Below are positions 35,367-46,100 of a stretch of 64,000 nucleotides of DNA, in pieces. Source of the DNA: an uncultured virus (IMG/VR IMGVR_UViG_3300021197_001448) (lineage: Duplodnaviria > Heunggongvirae > Uroviricota > Caudoviricetes); IMG/VR virus record IMGVR_UViG_3300021197_001448. One strand, given 5' to 3'. A model generated the notes under the pieces. That model saw only the letters and a program-made list of their open reading frames with translations. It was not told the origin of the DNA and ran no database searches. The stretch's first letter is position 1. Each line of letters opens with the position of its first letter. The position numbers were made by a program, and so were the translations under genes.

Positions 35367-38300
35367 TCATTTCACCACGTAATTACGGCTCTTGCTCATG
35401 CCGATGGGGAATCCCCTTTTATTTCCATCTCGAACACCTATCTTCCCAAGCCCGTTTTTGTGTTTTGCACCGATGATGAAACCTGTTTCATTGACGTTGC
35501 GAACACGGATTTTATGAACCGCAATGACATTAACTGATGCCGACATCGAAAGATTTTCTTTGATGTCTTTATCGCCTGAACTTTCACTGAGGCCGCTTGA
35601 ATTAACTGTTTCAGTTTTAAGATCGGTCAAGATACCTTCGATGCCCTTCTCATATTGGGCTACAATAAGATCTGATTGTAAAGAATGTAAGTGATGCTTT
35701 GATTCAAAGACCACGAATTTGCCAATCACTCCATGAGTTGGCAAGTTAATATCGACAACATCACCTGCTCGAATAGAGGTCGAATTCATCAATCCCTTGA
35801 TGACGATCATAGGCGCACCATTTTCTGTTCTTGCTAACAATGTTTTTGCTAACTTACGTGCTGCTGACACGCTCTTGATACCAGGAATTTGTTGCCGTAA
35901 AGTTTTGACAACTTCTTCTTCTCCACCAGCCGATGCCTGTTTAATCTTCTCACTATCACGCACACGGATAAATACAATCTCATTACCTGCAATCACATCA
36001 CCAACGACAACTATTTCGTTTGGTGAATCAAATAATTTGCTTACTTCAACAGATTGAACGCCATTCTGAATGCCTATACGCACATCCTTTTCATTGAATA
36101 CTTTGTCTGAGAAAAGAATAGTCCCGTTACGTTCATTTATGATTTGACGGCCATCGAGTTGTGATAAATTGCGAAGAACCTCCATTGTGTCCAAGCCTCT
36201 TGTATCACGTGAAACATACTTTGTGCTGTGGTCATTGATCTGGCGCAACATCGAATGTGCGCCTAAATAGTTTTCAACATCTCTTTGATTGTTGTAGAAA
36301 GCGTTAGATGGCGTAATAGTGACACCTGCTACATCGCCTCCTGCATCGTTTAGAAGGTGTAATGCCGCATCTGTTGTTCTTAACCCAATATATCCTGCTT
36401 GTCCCGTAATTACATCTCCAACTGTCATCCCTGAATCTTCAAGGCTTTTACCTGACATATCTTTGAACACCATGATCGATTTCTTTCGCTCACGGATAAC
36501 TTCTGAAACTCTCCATTTGATGTTGTTTGAATCGATCAGATAAGGCGGGGAATAATCTGCTGAAATAACCTTGCCATCGCTAAAGATTTGGTCGAGATTA
36601 TTTTTGTTGCTAATAATCCCCTTATTATTACCGTTGGCAATATTGAATGGTTGTTGTTGAGCCATAATAAAATCAGACGGTTCATAGTGCAACAGCCCTC
36701 TATAATTTAGCGAGGTTCTTGTAATTTCATTTGATTCAGCGTTGTAGTAATACCATGATTGACCCTCTATTCTCGTTGCGATAATAGCGTTATCTACAAA
36801 CGTAGGGGCAATGGCTTGTTTAACCAAAGGACTTCTCGCATCGACTAACAGACCTGTTGATGAAGATACATCTGTGAAGTATAAGTGCAATCCTGTAAAA
36901 TCAGAAACAGTATCGCCATTTGCATTTGTTATTGTTCCAGAAGTTGTAACATCGTTATCTAAGATCGAAGTATAGGTGATTGATCCTGTGTGTTCCAAAG
37001 CAAATAATTTCCCCGTTGAAGGCAACACAGAAGCATCATCGACCAAATACACTCCACCGCCTTTAGATGCCTTGACATTTACACGTGGATAGTATCGCAT
37101 AGCCTCTTTGGACTGTGTAATTTTCGCTTCTTTACTATGTATTGAATGATCGCCCATGATGCCCTTATCAACATCATAATTTGTTTCAGATTGATAGATT
37201 GGCTCGCCACCACCTGGAATTTGAGATTGCGAATATCTTGCTTCAATTTCAGGATTAAAATTTCCTTCACTGTCAAATCGGTGAGCGTCTGATTTAGCAA
37301 ATTGAAGCATATTTGCAGTTGGTATCAAATGCCATGTGACATCGTATTCATTTGCATCAGGATAGTCGATTGTAAACGCTGAACCTGCCGATGAGATATG
37401 TTCAGTTTGATTCTCGCCTCTTGAATAATTCATCTCAAATACGCCATATCGCTTATCTCGATCAAACGAATGTGAATTGTAAAGAGAAGAAGTCATCGAA
37501 CTTCTTGCGCCTAAAACCCATCCATCCTGTAAGAGATCGGATGCAAAACCAAATAACTTCAATGGCCTAACAGGTCTTACAATGTAATCCACATATTTAC
37601 GGCGAGGATGTGATGTTGTTGGCCTCGTTTCGCCTTCATTCACCTCAGTATTCAAAACGCCTTCATCTTCATCATTTCTGTTGAGATACGTTTTTCTAAG
37701 AATATACACACCTCCCCATGCAGGCAATTCTGACACGCCTCGAACAGCCCAGTGATCTAAAGCGTGGGTCTTGAACGTGTTTTGAGTGGTGTCTGTAAGT
37801 GAAACATGAACTGCACCTTTGTTGCCATTGGAATCAGGACTCCATGTTGGCTTAACTGAGTAATCAGGGGCGACAGACGTTGATCCTGTTCCATCGACAG
37901 TAAAACCGTTGTTTGGAAGATGTGTTTTTATTGTGTGAGAAGGAAGAACAGGGAAGTGATGCCCCAACATAAGATCAGTATGCAACGAAGCAGATCGAGT
38001 TCCAGTTACGGCATAATCGACATCTTTGTTGCTGTTTCTTTCGCTTTCAACCTCCATAATCAACCCCAATCGAGGTTCCGTTCTTGCTTGTATTTGTCTT
38101 GTGTCTGAGATTTCATTCAAAACATCGGGCAAAATGTCGTTTATTCGTTTTGACGCACCAGTTGTAATTACCTTAGAATGACCACTCGGAGGGTATGCTA
38201 ATTGACTTTTTGTTTCATTTATTGCGTGTACGTTAGTGTGTAAAGCATTGCCCCGAAGATGGTAAAAATCACTTCCATGACCAAAACGACTGTTTGCATC

Positions 38301-41300
38301 AGAAGCCGTAATCATCGCTCCAACAGAATCTTGTTGAGCATAATTAGGGCTTCCGCTTCTCTGAACGAGATCAATAAACGGATCAGTCCCTTTGTTGATT
38401 GGGATATTGTCATAATCTTGCTTATGTCCTGTGTGAGCCACAGCAATTGAAATTGGCAAATTGTATTTTCTCGCTAAATATGATTCAACTTCTTGTTGTT
38501 CAGCACTTGTCAATTTTCGATCAAATTGAATAATCTCTGCTATTTTTCCAGTTAATTTGAAACTCCCTACATGAGCAATTCCAACTGGATCGCTGGTTGC
38601 CATCCAATATGGACCTGTGGTCGTATTATCCAAGTTTCCATTTTGGTATATCTCAAATGTTGAAGTTCCACCTGCACCGTTTCCGCCATATATCTTTCCT
38701 GTAATAATGTCGGCAACGCCTCCTTCTGCCCCATTAGTAGCCGAATTGACACCAGTATAGGTGGTGTTAGCACCGCCTTGAAATCTCCAACTGTTGTTTA
38801 GATCCATTCTCGCCCACAATGAATATCCTGATCTTGCCACAGGGCTATTTGAGAATGACTCAATGACTCCTTGTGCGGCGTTGTTATCGGAATCGGGGAA
38901 AGCAACTGCAAAAAGAGTCATTTCTTTTGTGTTAAGAGATGCTTGAAAAGAACTCATGTCAAGGAAATCTCCGCCATCACAACTGATAACAGGCATATTG
39001 TTCACGGCTGAATTCCTTTTGATGAACGTTGGTTGAGCAGAAGCCGTTCCTTGTGTGAACACCCATTTATTGGGCGATGAATCAGTCCACGAAGCGACAG
39101 ATGCACCATCCTTTAAATCAAGAGAATCGGCTTTCAACCAAAGAACAGGGTTGTTGATTGGCAAGGTTGTTGGCCTTGTATCATTCAACTCATAATCCCA
39201 TGCACCTGCGGCCATTGAATCTGGCGCGAGCATTCCGTGTTGTGTGATACCTAAATTCGCACCGATCCCCATCTGCTCATCTTGTTGTTTAACCCGATCA
39301 TTACTTTGTCGGATGTTTCGCTCAAACGGATGAGCCTCAGCCGTGAAATCATTTGTAACAAATCCAACTGGAACTGAACGATGAATCCCTCTTTCTGGAT
39401 GAGTTACATTTGTATCATTGATAAATCCGTCAAGGAGAGGCACATCTTCCATTGAATCATGCTTACCTCCATCAAACCGACCACTATTTGTTATTGCATA
39501 GGTATTCTGCGTTTCAGTAGGATCACCTGCAAGCATATCATGACTACTTGATGCGGTTTTGAAACCCCATGCACGAACAGGCAATCTGCGGCTTACATCT
39601 ATTCCCACATAGGGGTTTAACACGAAAAATTGTCTATTGAGATCTTCGCTATCAGAATCTAAATCAATCCCTTTGACAACAGCCAAAGTAACGTTTGGAT
39701 TCAAAGAATCTCCTATGCCTTCTCCACGTGAGTATCTTGCCGTTCCGTTCTGATTATACAATTGAATTGTTCCATGTGCTTCCCTTCGAGTGGTATGCCC
39801 CATCAAAACAGAACTCGCACTTCGCAATCCTTCGACATTGCCATGACCGCCTGCGTTAAGTCCGTTATAGCCATAATTTTGTAACCATTGATTGACATAA
39901 AGTCGTTCAAATGGCAATGCCGCCGTTGGTGAACCTGTGGTTACATAGTTACCATCGGCAGAAAAGTTACGCAATAACAATCCTCTTGTTGATGGATAAT
40001 TCAACGATCTCGGCATACCCGATTCACGATAACGGAACGTCATGAAATGTTCACGCATCGTTCCAAAGAATGTAGGATGGCTATATTCTGCAAGCCATGT
40101 GCATAGGAATGCATCAGGCTCTCCGCCTGATCCTGTGTTTCTTGCTTTTGTTAAAGCCATATCCTGATAATCGGTTCCTGGTTTTGTGAATGCTGTTGAA
40201 GGAACTGTTACAGAAGATGAAACTGGCGCACCTGCCATGTTTAACATTTCAGGATCGTGATGTAATAATGGAGGAACTGTTGCCAATTCAGTAGCAACAC
40301 GTGGTCGAATCACGCCTTCATGATGCCCTCTAACAAACCAGTTACCACCGCTATCAATGCCAACACGCTTGATCGGCTCTGGTCGGCCTCCCATTCCAAG
40401 ATGATTATTCAAGAAGAATCCGTTAATCATAACCTCGCTTGCTGTATTGAAGCGGTTGTTGGCTGATAAAGTGCTGCCTTGTAGCGTCAATTTTGTAGCA
40501 CCGCCAGTAGTTACTGAACCGTTGATTCCTGTTTCAGCAAAACCTACTGATTCTGCAACACCTTCTACATTAGTGTGCTTTTGTCCTGGTGCAAACAAAT
40601 AATCGGGTATGCTTCTGTGCGTGGCAGAGGTATATGCGCCATCAGCATCATACAATCGCATTCCTTTCAATTCATCAAGAGGCAATCCATCTGAAACGAA
40701 AGATCCAGTTGCATAAACGGCTGAATTTTCCATAACGTCGATAGTATCTAATTCAAACACTGTTGAGGAATTGGTTGTATTTGTGCTTCCAAATCCAAAG
40801 TGTTTGTATTCTGTTTCAGCCTCAAACATGAGCGAATAGGCAGAACCGTGAGATCGATGCAATTGTCGCCTCATTGACATAGGAGTTCCACGATGACAAA
40901 GAGGCATAACAAACGAATGTCCTTGACGGCCAAAACGAATCCTGTGATGTGCTATTGGGTTGCCTGTTGCGACCCCATTGTTGGTTTGTGTCAATAAACT
41001 TCCTCGTTCAGCATGATCTGACATTCGATGTGCTGCAAAGAGTCTTGTTGTTCCGCTTGGAACTGCACCTGGAGTTGAGTTGGTTTCTAAACCAAAGATA
41101 GTTTCTAATTTATCATGCAGTATTCTTTGACAATGAAAAACCAAAGTTCGATCATGTGTTTCATACTGCGATGCTTCATTGCTATCTGTTTCAGCATCCC
41201 CTGCAAGTCTTGGGTTTGGCGGCGAAAGACCTCCTAAACCCCATGTTTGGTTTGACCACGCTTGGACTCGATCATGGCCGCTTCTGACAAAGATACTACC

Positions 41301-43163
41301 AGGAATATCTTCTGGTTTGGGCAATTGAATTTTCATATTTGGGGGGATCACATCTGAGGGGGATGACGGCCTTATTTCGATTTCGCCCGTTTCTTTATTT
41401 TCTTGACCTTTTGTCACCTCAAAATCACGGATGATTGTTCCAAATGGCGATCCTCCCTTAAGAACTAATTTATTTCCTAAATCATCAATAACGTTGAGTG
41501 ATTCAAAAACACGTTCTTCGTTGCTTATCTGTAATCCAAATACTCTTTCGGGATTTGTTGTTGAAACTGTTCTGAATGATCTGGCGTATGATTTTTGAGA
41601 ACTGTCGTTAAGGCCATGTTTCACTTCTATATTGCTGTGAGTAACGTTTGTGAGGTGAACGCCGTTTGTTCCAGAAGTAACGTAGTGTTTGGTACTGGAT
41701 AGTGTAAATGGTTTTGAGTAATTACCATTTTCTAATTCAATTACTCCATCGGATTCAAGACTGGCAATTCTAAACGTTCCACCTGTGCCTCCTTGAACAG
41801 TTATCACGTCATGTAAAGTATATCCCGCACCCTTAGTGGCAATAGCAACTGTATTCAATGCACCTGCTGCTACGGTTATATTAACTCTCAAACCAAATCC
41901 TGTGCCGCCAGTTGTTGCTATATCTGACCCTGCTGAATAACCTGATCCGCCAACAATAGTGTCTATTGATGTCGGTCTTGTTGATGATGAAACAACATCC
42001 GTTCCATATTCAAGTTCTTGAATACGCAGACGGTTCGATGAAGATAGATCAGATTCAGTATCAGGGTGCAGAGAGATGATTCCTTGAACAGAAGGACTCA
42101 TTTGTTTTCGATCAGGAGGCGGCATTGAAGGCATTATGCACGAATTCAAACCTTCAATGGAAAAGCGATTATAGCCGTGATTTGAACTATGCTGATTTGC
42201 AGTAATACCGCTTCGAGAATCATAATTTAACGCTGGCAACCCCATGTTGCCTCCATCCATTGGCTTTGCTACTAATCTATGAACTCCGATAGCCCCCATT
42301 CCCTGAACAACTGGTCCGCAATTTGCCGCAGACCAATATCCTTGATTGGTGCTTGGAGTATTTTTTTCCCATGTCAAGGCAATCGTATGTTTTGCAGATT
42401 CCCCCAACAATCTCATTTCGTTTGTAAAAAGATCACCCGCAGAAGGCGAACCCGTTATAGTTGGTGTTGCATCAAGTGTTAATTCGCAAGTAAGTCCTGA
42501 ACTTAAATTTCCACCTGTATGTTTCAATTTAATAGATTCTACTTCGTAAGTTCCCGACGCAATATGAGGGGATGTTGAACTGGAATCAATTTGTATTGAC
42601 AAATCACTATTCTGTAATTCTGTGGGAATTATGTTAGAGCAAGACCCAAAATCTATGTCGAATTTTGTTTTACCTCCTGATTGAGATAAATGTGCTGATC
42701 GAAGATGAAGGTGATATTGAGGGGGGAGCGATTGACGCACATATTTGGCGCGTAAATACTTAGTAATATCTCTCTCACCCTGCATTTTAATTTTACGTGA
42801 GTTAATTTTTGCTGCTATAAAGCGAGTCGCTTCTTCTGTTCCTAAATCGTAAGTATGATCTGAACTTCCATGATCAGTAGCAGCCTGTTTTAAATCAATG
42901 GCAATTACGTTCTTAGCCTCAGCAATAGTCGCTGAACTGGCCGCTAAAGGGGTTCTAATCAAGATTGTAAGTCCTTGTCTCCAATCGGTAGAGTTCACAC
43001 CTGATTGCCAATCTTCAACCGTATCTCCATATTCAGTATCGGGATAAGCAATGTGCATTGCGAAGATGCCCGATTTGAATTCACCCGTTGATGTAGCCCC
43101 CCATGATCCTGTCTCAGCAGGTTCAAGGTATCTGGAATACACATCTGCCATGCGAATCACCAT
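35367..43163 (-). CDS. Very large tail-tip/hub protein with an internal LamG-like domain
   Basis: 2598 aa; LWLKADSL..IAEIIQFDRKLT; C-terminal hub-like PNEIVVVG..IRAGDVVDI. Confidence 0.75.
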   Translation of the reverse strand: MVIRMADVYSRYLEPAETGSWGATSTGEFKSGIFAMHIAYPDTEYGDTVEDWQSGVNSTDWRQGLTILIRTPLAASSATIAEAKNVIAIDLKQAATDHGSSDHTYDLGTEEATRFIAAKINSRKIKMQGERDITKYLRAKYVRQSLPPQYHLHLRSAHLSQSGGKTKFDIDFGSCSNIIPTELQNSDLSIQIDSSSTSPHIASGTYEVESIKLKHTGGNLSSGLTCELTLDATPTITGSPSAGDLFTNEMRLLGESAKHTIALTWEKNTPSTNQGYWSAANCGPVVQGMGAIGVHRLVAKPMDGGNMGLPALNYDSRSGITANQHSSNHGYNRFSIEGLNSCIMPSMPPPDRKQMSPSVQGIISLHPDTESDLSSSNRLRIQELEYGTDVVSSSTRPTSIDTIVGGSGYSAGSDIATTGGTGFGLRVNITVAAGALNTVAIATKGAGYTLHDVITVQGGTGGTFRIASLESDGVIELENGNYSKPFTLSSTKHYVTSGTNGVHLTNVTHSNIEVKHGLNDSSQKSYARSFRTVSTTNPERVFGLQISNEERVFESLNVIDDLGNKLVLKGGSPFGTIIRDFEVTKGQENKETGEIEIRPSSPSDVIPPNMKIQLPKPEDIPGSIFVRSGHDRVQAWSNQTWGLGGLSPPNPRLAGDAETDSNEASQYETHDRTLVFHCQRILHDKLETIFGLETNSTPGAVPSGTTRLFAAHRMSDHAERGSLLTQTNNGVATGNPIAHHRIRFGRQGHSFVMPLCHRGTPMSMRRQLHRSHGSAYSLMFEAETEYKHFGFGSTNTTNSSTVFELDTIDVMENSAVYATGSFVSDGLPLDELKGMRLYDADGAYTSATHRSIPDYLFAPGQKHTNVEGVAESVGFAETGINGSVTTGGATKLTLQGSTLSANNRFNTASEVMINGFFLNNHLGMGGRPEPIKRVGIDSGGNWFVRGHHEGVIRPRVATELATVPPLLHHDPEMLNMAGAPVSSSVTVPSTAFTKPGTDYQDMALTKARNTGSGGEPDAFLCTWLAEYSHPTFFGTMREHFMTFRYRESGMPRSLNYPSTRGLLLRNFSADGNYVTTGSPTAALPFERLYVNQWLQNYGYNGLNAGGHGNVEGLRSASSVLMGHTTRREAHGTIQLYNQNGTARYSRGEGIGDSLNPNVTLAVVKGIDLDSDSEDLNRQFFVLNPYVGIDVSRRLPVRAWGFKTASSSHDMLAGDPTETQNTYAITNSGRFDGGKHDSMEDVPLLDGFINDTNVTHPERGIHRSVPVGFVTNDFTAEAHPFERNIRQSNDRVKQQDEQMGIGANLGITQHGMLAPDSMAAGAWDYELNDTRPTTLPINNPVLWLKADSLDLKDGASVASWTDSSPNKWVFTQGTASAQPTFIKRNSAVNNMPVISCDGGDFLDMSSFQASLNTKEMTLFAVAFPDSDNNAAQGVIESFSNSPVARSGYSLWARMDLNNSWRFQGGANTTYTGVNSATNGAEGGVADIITGKIYGGNGAGGTSTFEIYQNGNLDNTTTGPYWMATSDPVGIAHVGSFKLTGKIAEIIQFDRKLTSAEQQEVESYLARKYNLPISIAVAHTGHKQDYDNIPINKGTDPFIDLVQRSGSPNYAQQDSVGAMITASDANSRFGHGSDFYHLRGNALHTNVHAINETKSQLAYPPSGHSKVITTGASKRINDILPDVLNEISDTRQIQARTEPRLGLIMEVESERNSNKDVDYAVTGTRSASLHTDLMLGHHFPVLPSHTIKTHLPNNGFTVDGTGSTSVAPDYSVKPTWSPDSNGNKGAVHVSLTDTTQNTFKTHALDHWAVRGVSELPAWGGVYILRKTYLNRNDEDEGVLNTEVNEGETRPTTSHPRRKYVDYIVRPVRPLKLFGFASDLLQDGWVLGARSSMTSSLYNSHSFDRDKRYGVFEMNYSRGENQTEHISSAGSAFTIDYPDANEYDVTWHLIPTANMLQFAKSDAHRFDSEGNFNPEIEARYSQSQIPGGGEPIYQSETNYDVDKGIMGDHSIHSKEAKITQSKEAMRYYPRVNVKASKGGGVYLVDDASVLPSTGKLFALEHTGSITYTSILDNDVTTSGTITNANGDTVSDFTGLHLYFTDVSSSTGLLVDARSPLVKQAIAPTFVDNAIIATRIEGQSWYYYNAESNEITRTSLNYRGLLHYEPSDFIMAQQQPFNIANGNNKGIISNKNNLDQIFSDGKVISADYSPPYLIDSNNIKWRVSEVIRERKKSIMVFKDMSGKSLEDSGMTVGDVITGQAGYIGLRTTDAALHLLNDAGGDVAGVTITPSNAFYNNQRDVENYLGAHSMLRQINDHSTKYVSRDTRGLDTMEVLRNLSQLDGRQIINERNGTILFSDKVFNEKDVRIGIQNGVQSVEVSKLFDSPNEIVVVGDVIAGNEIVFIRVRDSEKIKQASAGGEEEVVKTLRQQIPGIKSVSAARKLAKTLLARTENGAPMIVIKGLMNSTSIRAGDVVDINLPTHGVIGKFVVFESKHHLHSLQSDLIVAQYEKGIEGILTDLKTETVNSSGLSESSGDKDIKENLSMSASVNVIAVHKIRVRNVNETGFIIGAKHKNGLGKIGVRDGNKRGFPIGMSKSRNYVVK

Positions 43164-46100
43164 TTGTTATATGATGCGAACCAGTTGGTTGCCTCAGTAA
43201 AGGACATATAACGCTTCCATAAAGCAACATCGGTCAAATACCCTGCAAAGTGAATAGGTCCTGCCGAATTCTTGCCATCGCCAAAAGATCCTCCAGTTCC
43301 AGTAACTCCATATGTAGGGCTTCCTGATTGTAAGGCTGTAAAATAATCATTTACAGGGGCAGTTATTGCTTTTCCTCCTTGCGTTATTCCAGGTAACATA
43401 TTGATGAAAGGCGCACCGATCAAAGCACATCCAATCGTTGCCATATTTTTATCTCGAATAGAATGCACCGCAGTAGGCAAATTTGGGTGATCGGCATCGC
43501 CACCTCCATATCCACTGGTTTCTGTTTCAAAGTTGGCTTTGCCATTTGGCGATGCACCAGGAGTGCCTGTTGCATATTGTTGATCAGGAAGCCGAATCAT
43601 ATAATCGGAGAAATCAAAGATACCTGCGGCCATTGATCCTGTTTCGGGGTTTGTAATTCCTACTGTATTTCCGATGTATAAGAATGATGGAACGGGTGAT
43701 GAAGGATCTCTTTGACCTGCCATTATGAATGTATATCCTGTTTCATCTACTTTGACTGAACTTCCAGTTACAGTTGAGGGAACGAGAACTGCTGCCTCAA
43801 CCTTTGGATTGCCAGGAAATGGTGCTGGATTGAAACCTGTAATCGCAAGAGAGATTGGTATATTTCCCGACGAAGGGGCTGATGCGCCAAGATGCAATCC
43901 ATAAGGTCGGCCATTAGGGGTTCCATCGTCATAAATTGCATGAAAAATAGGTCCTGTCATGTAATTAGGATTGGAGGCAGGGGGAGCGCATATTGCGGAT
44001 ATGCACCAGTTTGCATTACCTGGATCAAAGTTTTTGACCTCAGCGTGTTCCGCTTCAATCGTTCCAGAATTGTTATTATGAAGTGCAACAACATCGCCAT
44101 GAGCAAATAATTTGGCTGTTGGGGCAGACCCAGTTGGGGTTACTTCTACGGTGTTTGTAACTCCATTTTTAGGTGTACCCATTCCATTGGCGGAGGTAAC
44201 TCGAACCTTTCGATTGTAGAGATCTTCACGCCATTTGGTGTTATCTTGACTCACAGTCCCTGTTCCTAAGTCCTCGCCCGATCCATAAATGCCATTCTGT
44301 AATCTTGCATAGAAAGCACACTTGCCCTCTGGTTCGTTATCTGAATTGAGAACAGTTGTGTGATGAAACCCTCTCAATGTATCGCTATTGATTGTATCTT
44401 CGTTCAGAACATCTGTAAAATCAAGCACAGCAAAGGGAGATGATGTTTCGCCAAGATTTTGAAAACCTGAAAAACCAGTCGGTCCTTTGGCAAGAGGGTG
44501 TTGGTAAAAATCTGAGTAGTCATTATCAGTTCCATCGCTGATGTCAAAGGTCAATCCTGTATGCCCACCTCCAAAGAACAGAATTGCCTCTTGATCAATT
44601 GCAGGGTATAGGAATTCTACGTCTATGTCTGTTATTTCATCAGCAAAAGTGTTGAAATTGCCATCATAGAATTTTTTGACAAACCGATCAGGTTCAGAAA
44701 GCGGTTTCACGTTTAGTAAAAATGCTTCATCCAAACCTCCTGCTAAAGTTGATCCACTCGCAATGGCTGATGGCCGCACCTCGTCAAATGTTGCTAATAC
44801 ACCATTTATCCTCAATAACCTGCTGAATCCCTCTGTACTACCTGATTCAGAATCCTTTATGCCATGATAAGTCATACTTGTTCGCGCCATATAGTCCATC
44901 GCTGCACCCTTTACTGCTATGTATTTGAAAAAACCTTGTGCGTTATCCCAAGAATAAGATCCATTTGCAGCAATAAGTACCGAATCAGCCGTTTTTATTG
45001 TTTTTGTCTTGAAGGTATTTCCAACGCCATTGTATGATCTAATTTTATTGTCTTGATCGAGAGGATGTATAACTGATCCATGAGGCGCACCTGTAAAAGT
45101 AGTAATCGGAACAAAAGTTTCTCCGTCTGAACCAATAGGCATTGGGGCTGGAAATGAGTTCATTTGATACGATCTACTATTGGTGGCAAGTAAACCACCA
45201 TGCCCAATTGCTTGAATTGGCCGATACGGATATACTGATTTATTCGATAAAGATACTGCAAATTCTCTTCCAGATGCGCCAGGAACGGTGCTATGAATGA
45301 CAATAGAAATTCCTTTTTCACCCAATCGAGATTCTACTGGCTTGCCAATAAACGCTCGAACATAACCATAATGCCCTCCTGATTTGTTTGTTCCTTCTAA
45401 TATACTTTCATAGGCACTTGCCCCAAAAGAATTTTTTGCTTGGGGATGACCTGCCATATTTATTTGGCGAATCAATTCATTAACGCATGATTCAAAACCA
45501 TCAACCTTCAAAGCAATATCTCGCAAATAAAAATCTTGAGGCATAACCTCCTTTAACGTAAGCCCATCCGAAGATTTACCTTTTAGGCTTGTAAAATTAG
45601 GATGACAGATAATTGGTTCTTTTAATTCACGGTTGTTATCAAAACCATATTTGTTCCAAATGTCAAATTCAAATCCACCAATATCAACTATACCATGCTC
45701 ATTGATTACAACATATGTTTTCCGACTCGTTGTAATTTTAGTTATTGCTGTATCGCTCAAACCTAAAATTGCTTTTAACCCAACGATTACGGCATCAGCA
45801 TAACTATCAGTCGTGTAAGGGGGAGATGTGGTATCAATGTTTGGAACGATTCTGCCAAGCCCTGCATGAATAAGGCATCCTCCATAGGTAACAACTGCGC
45901 CATCAAAAATTCTTCCAGAGGCAGTAGGGGCAGAAGCACTTAAATTCAAATTTGTGTCGCCTCCTAAATTCCTTGAAATCGCCGTATCAACGTAAATCTT
46001 GTTTGTTGAGTTATCAATTTTGTGAACTTGTAACATAAAGAAAACACCATCTCTTTGTTCCGTTAGAGTAGCGGAATACAATGAATATCCTTGCACAAGC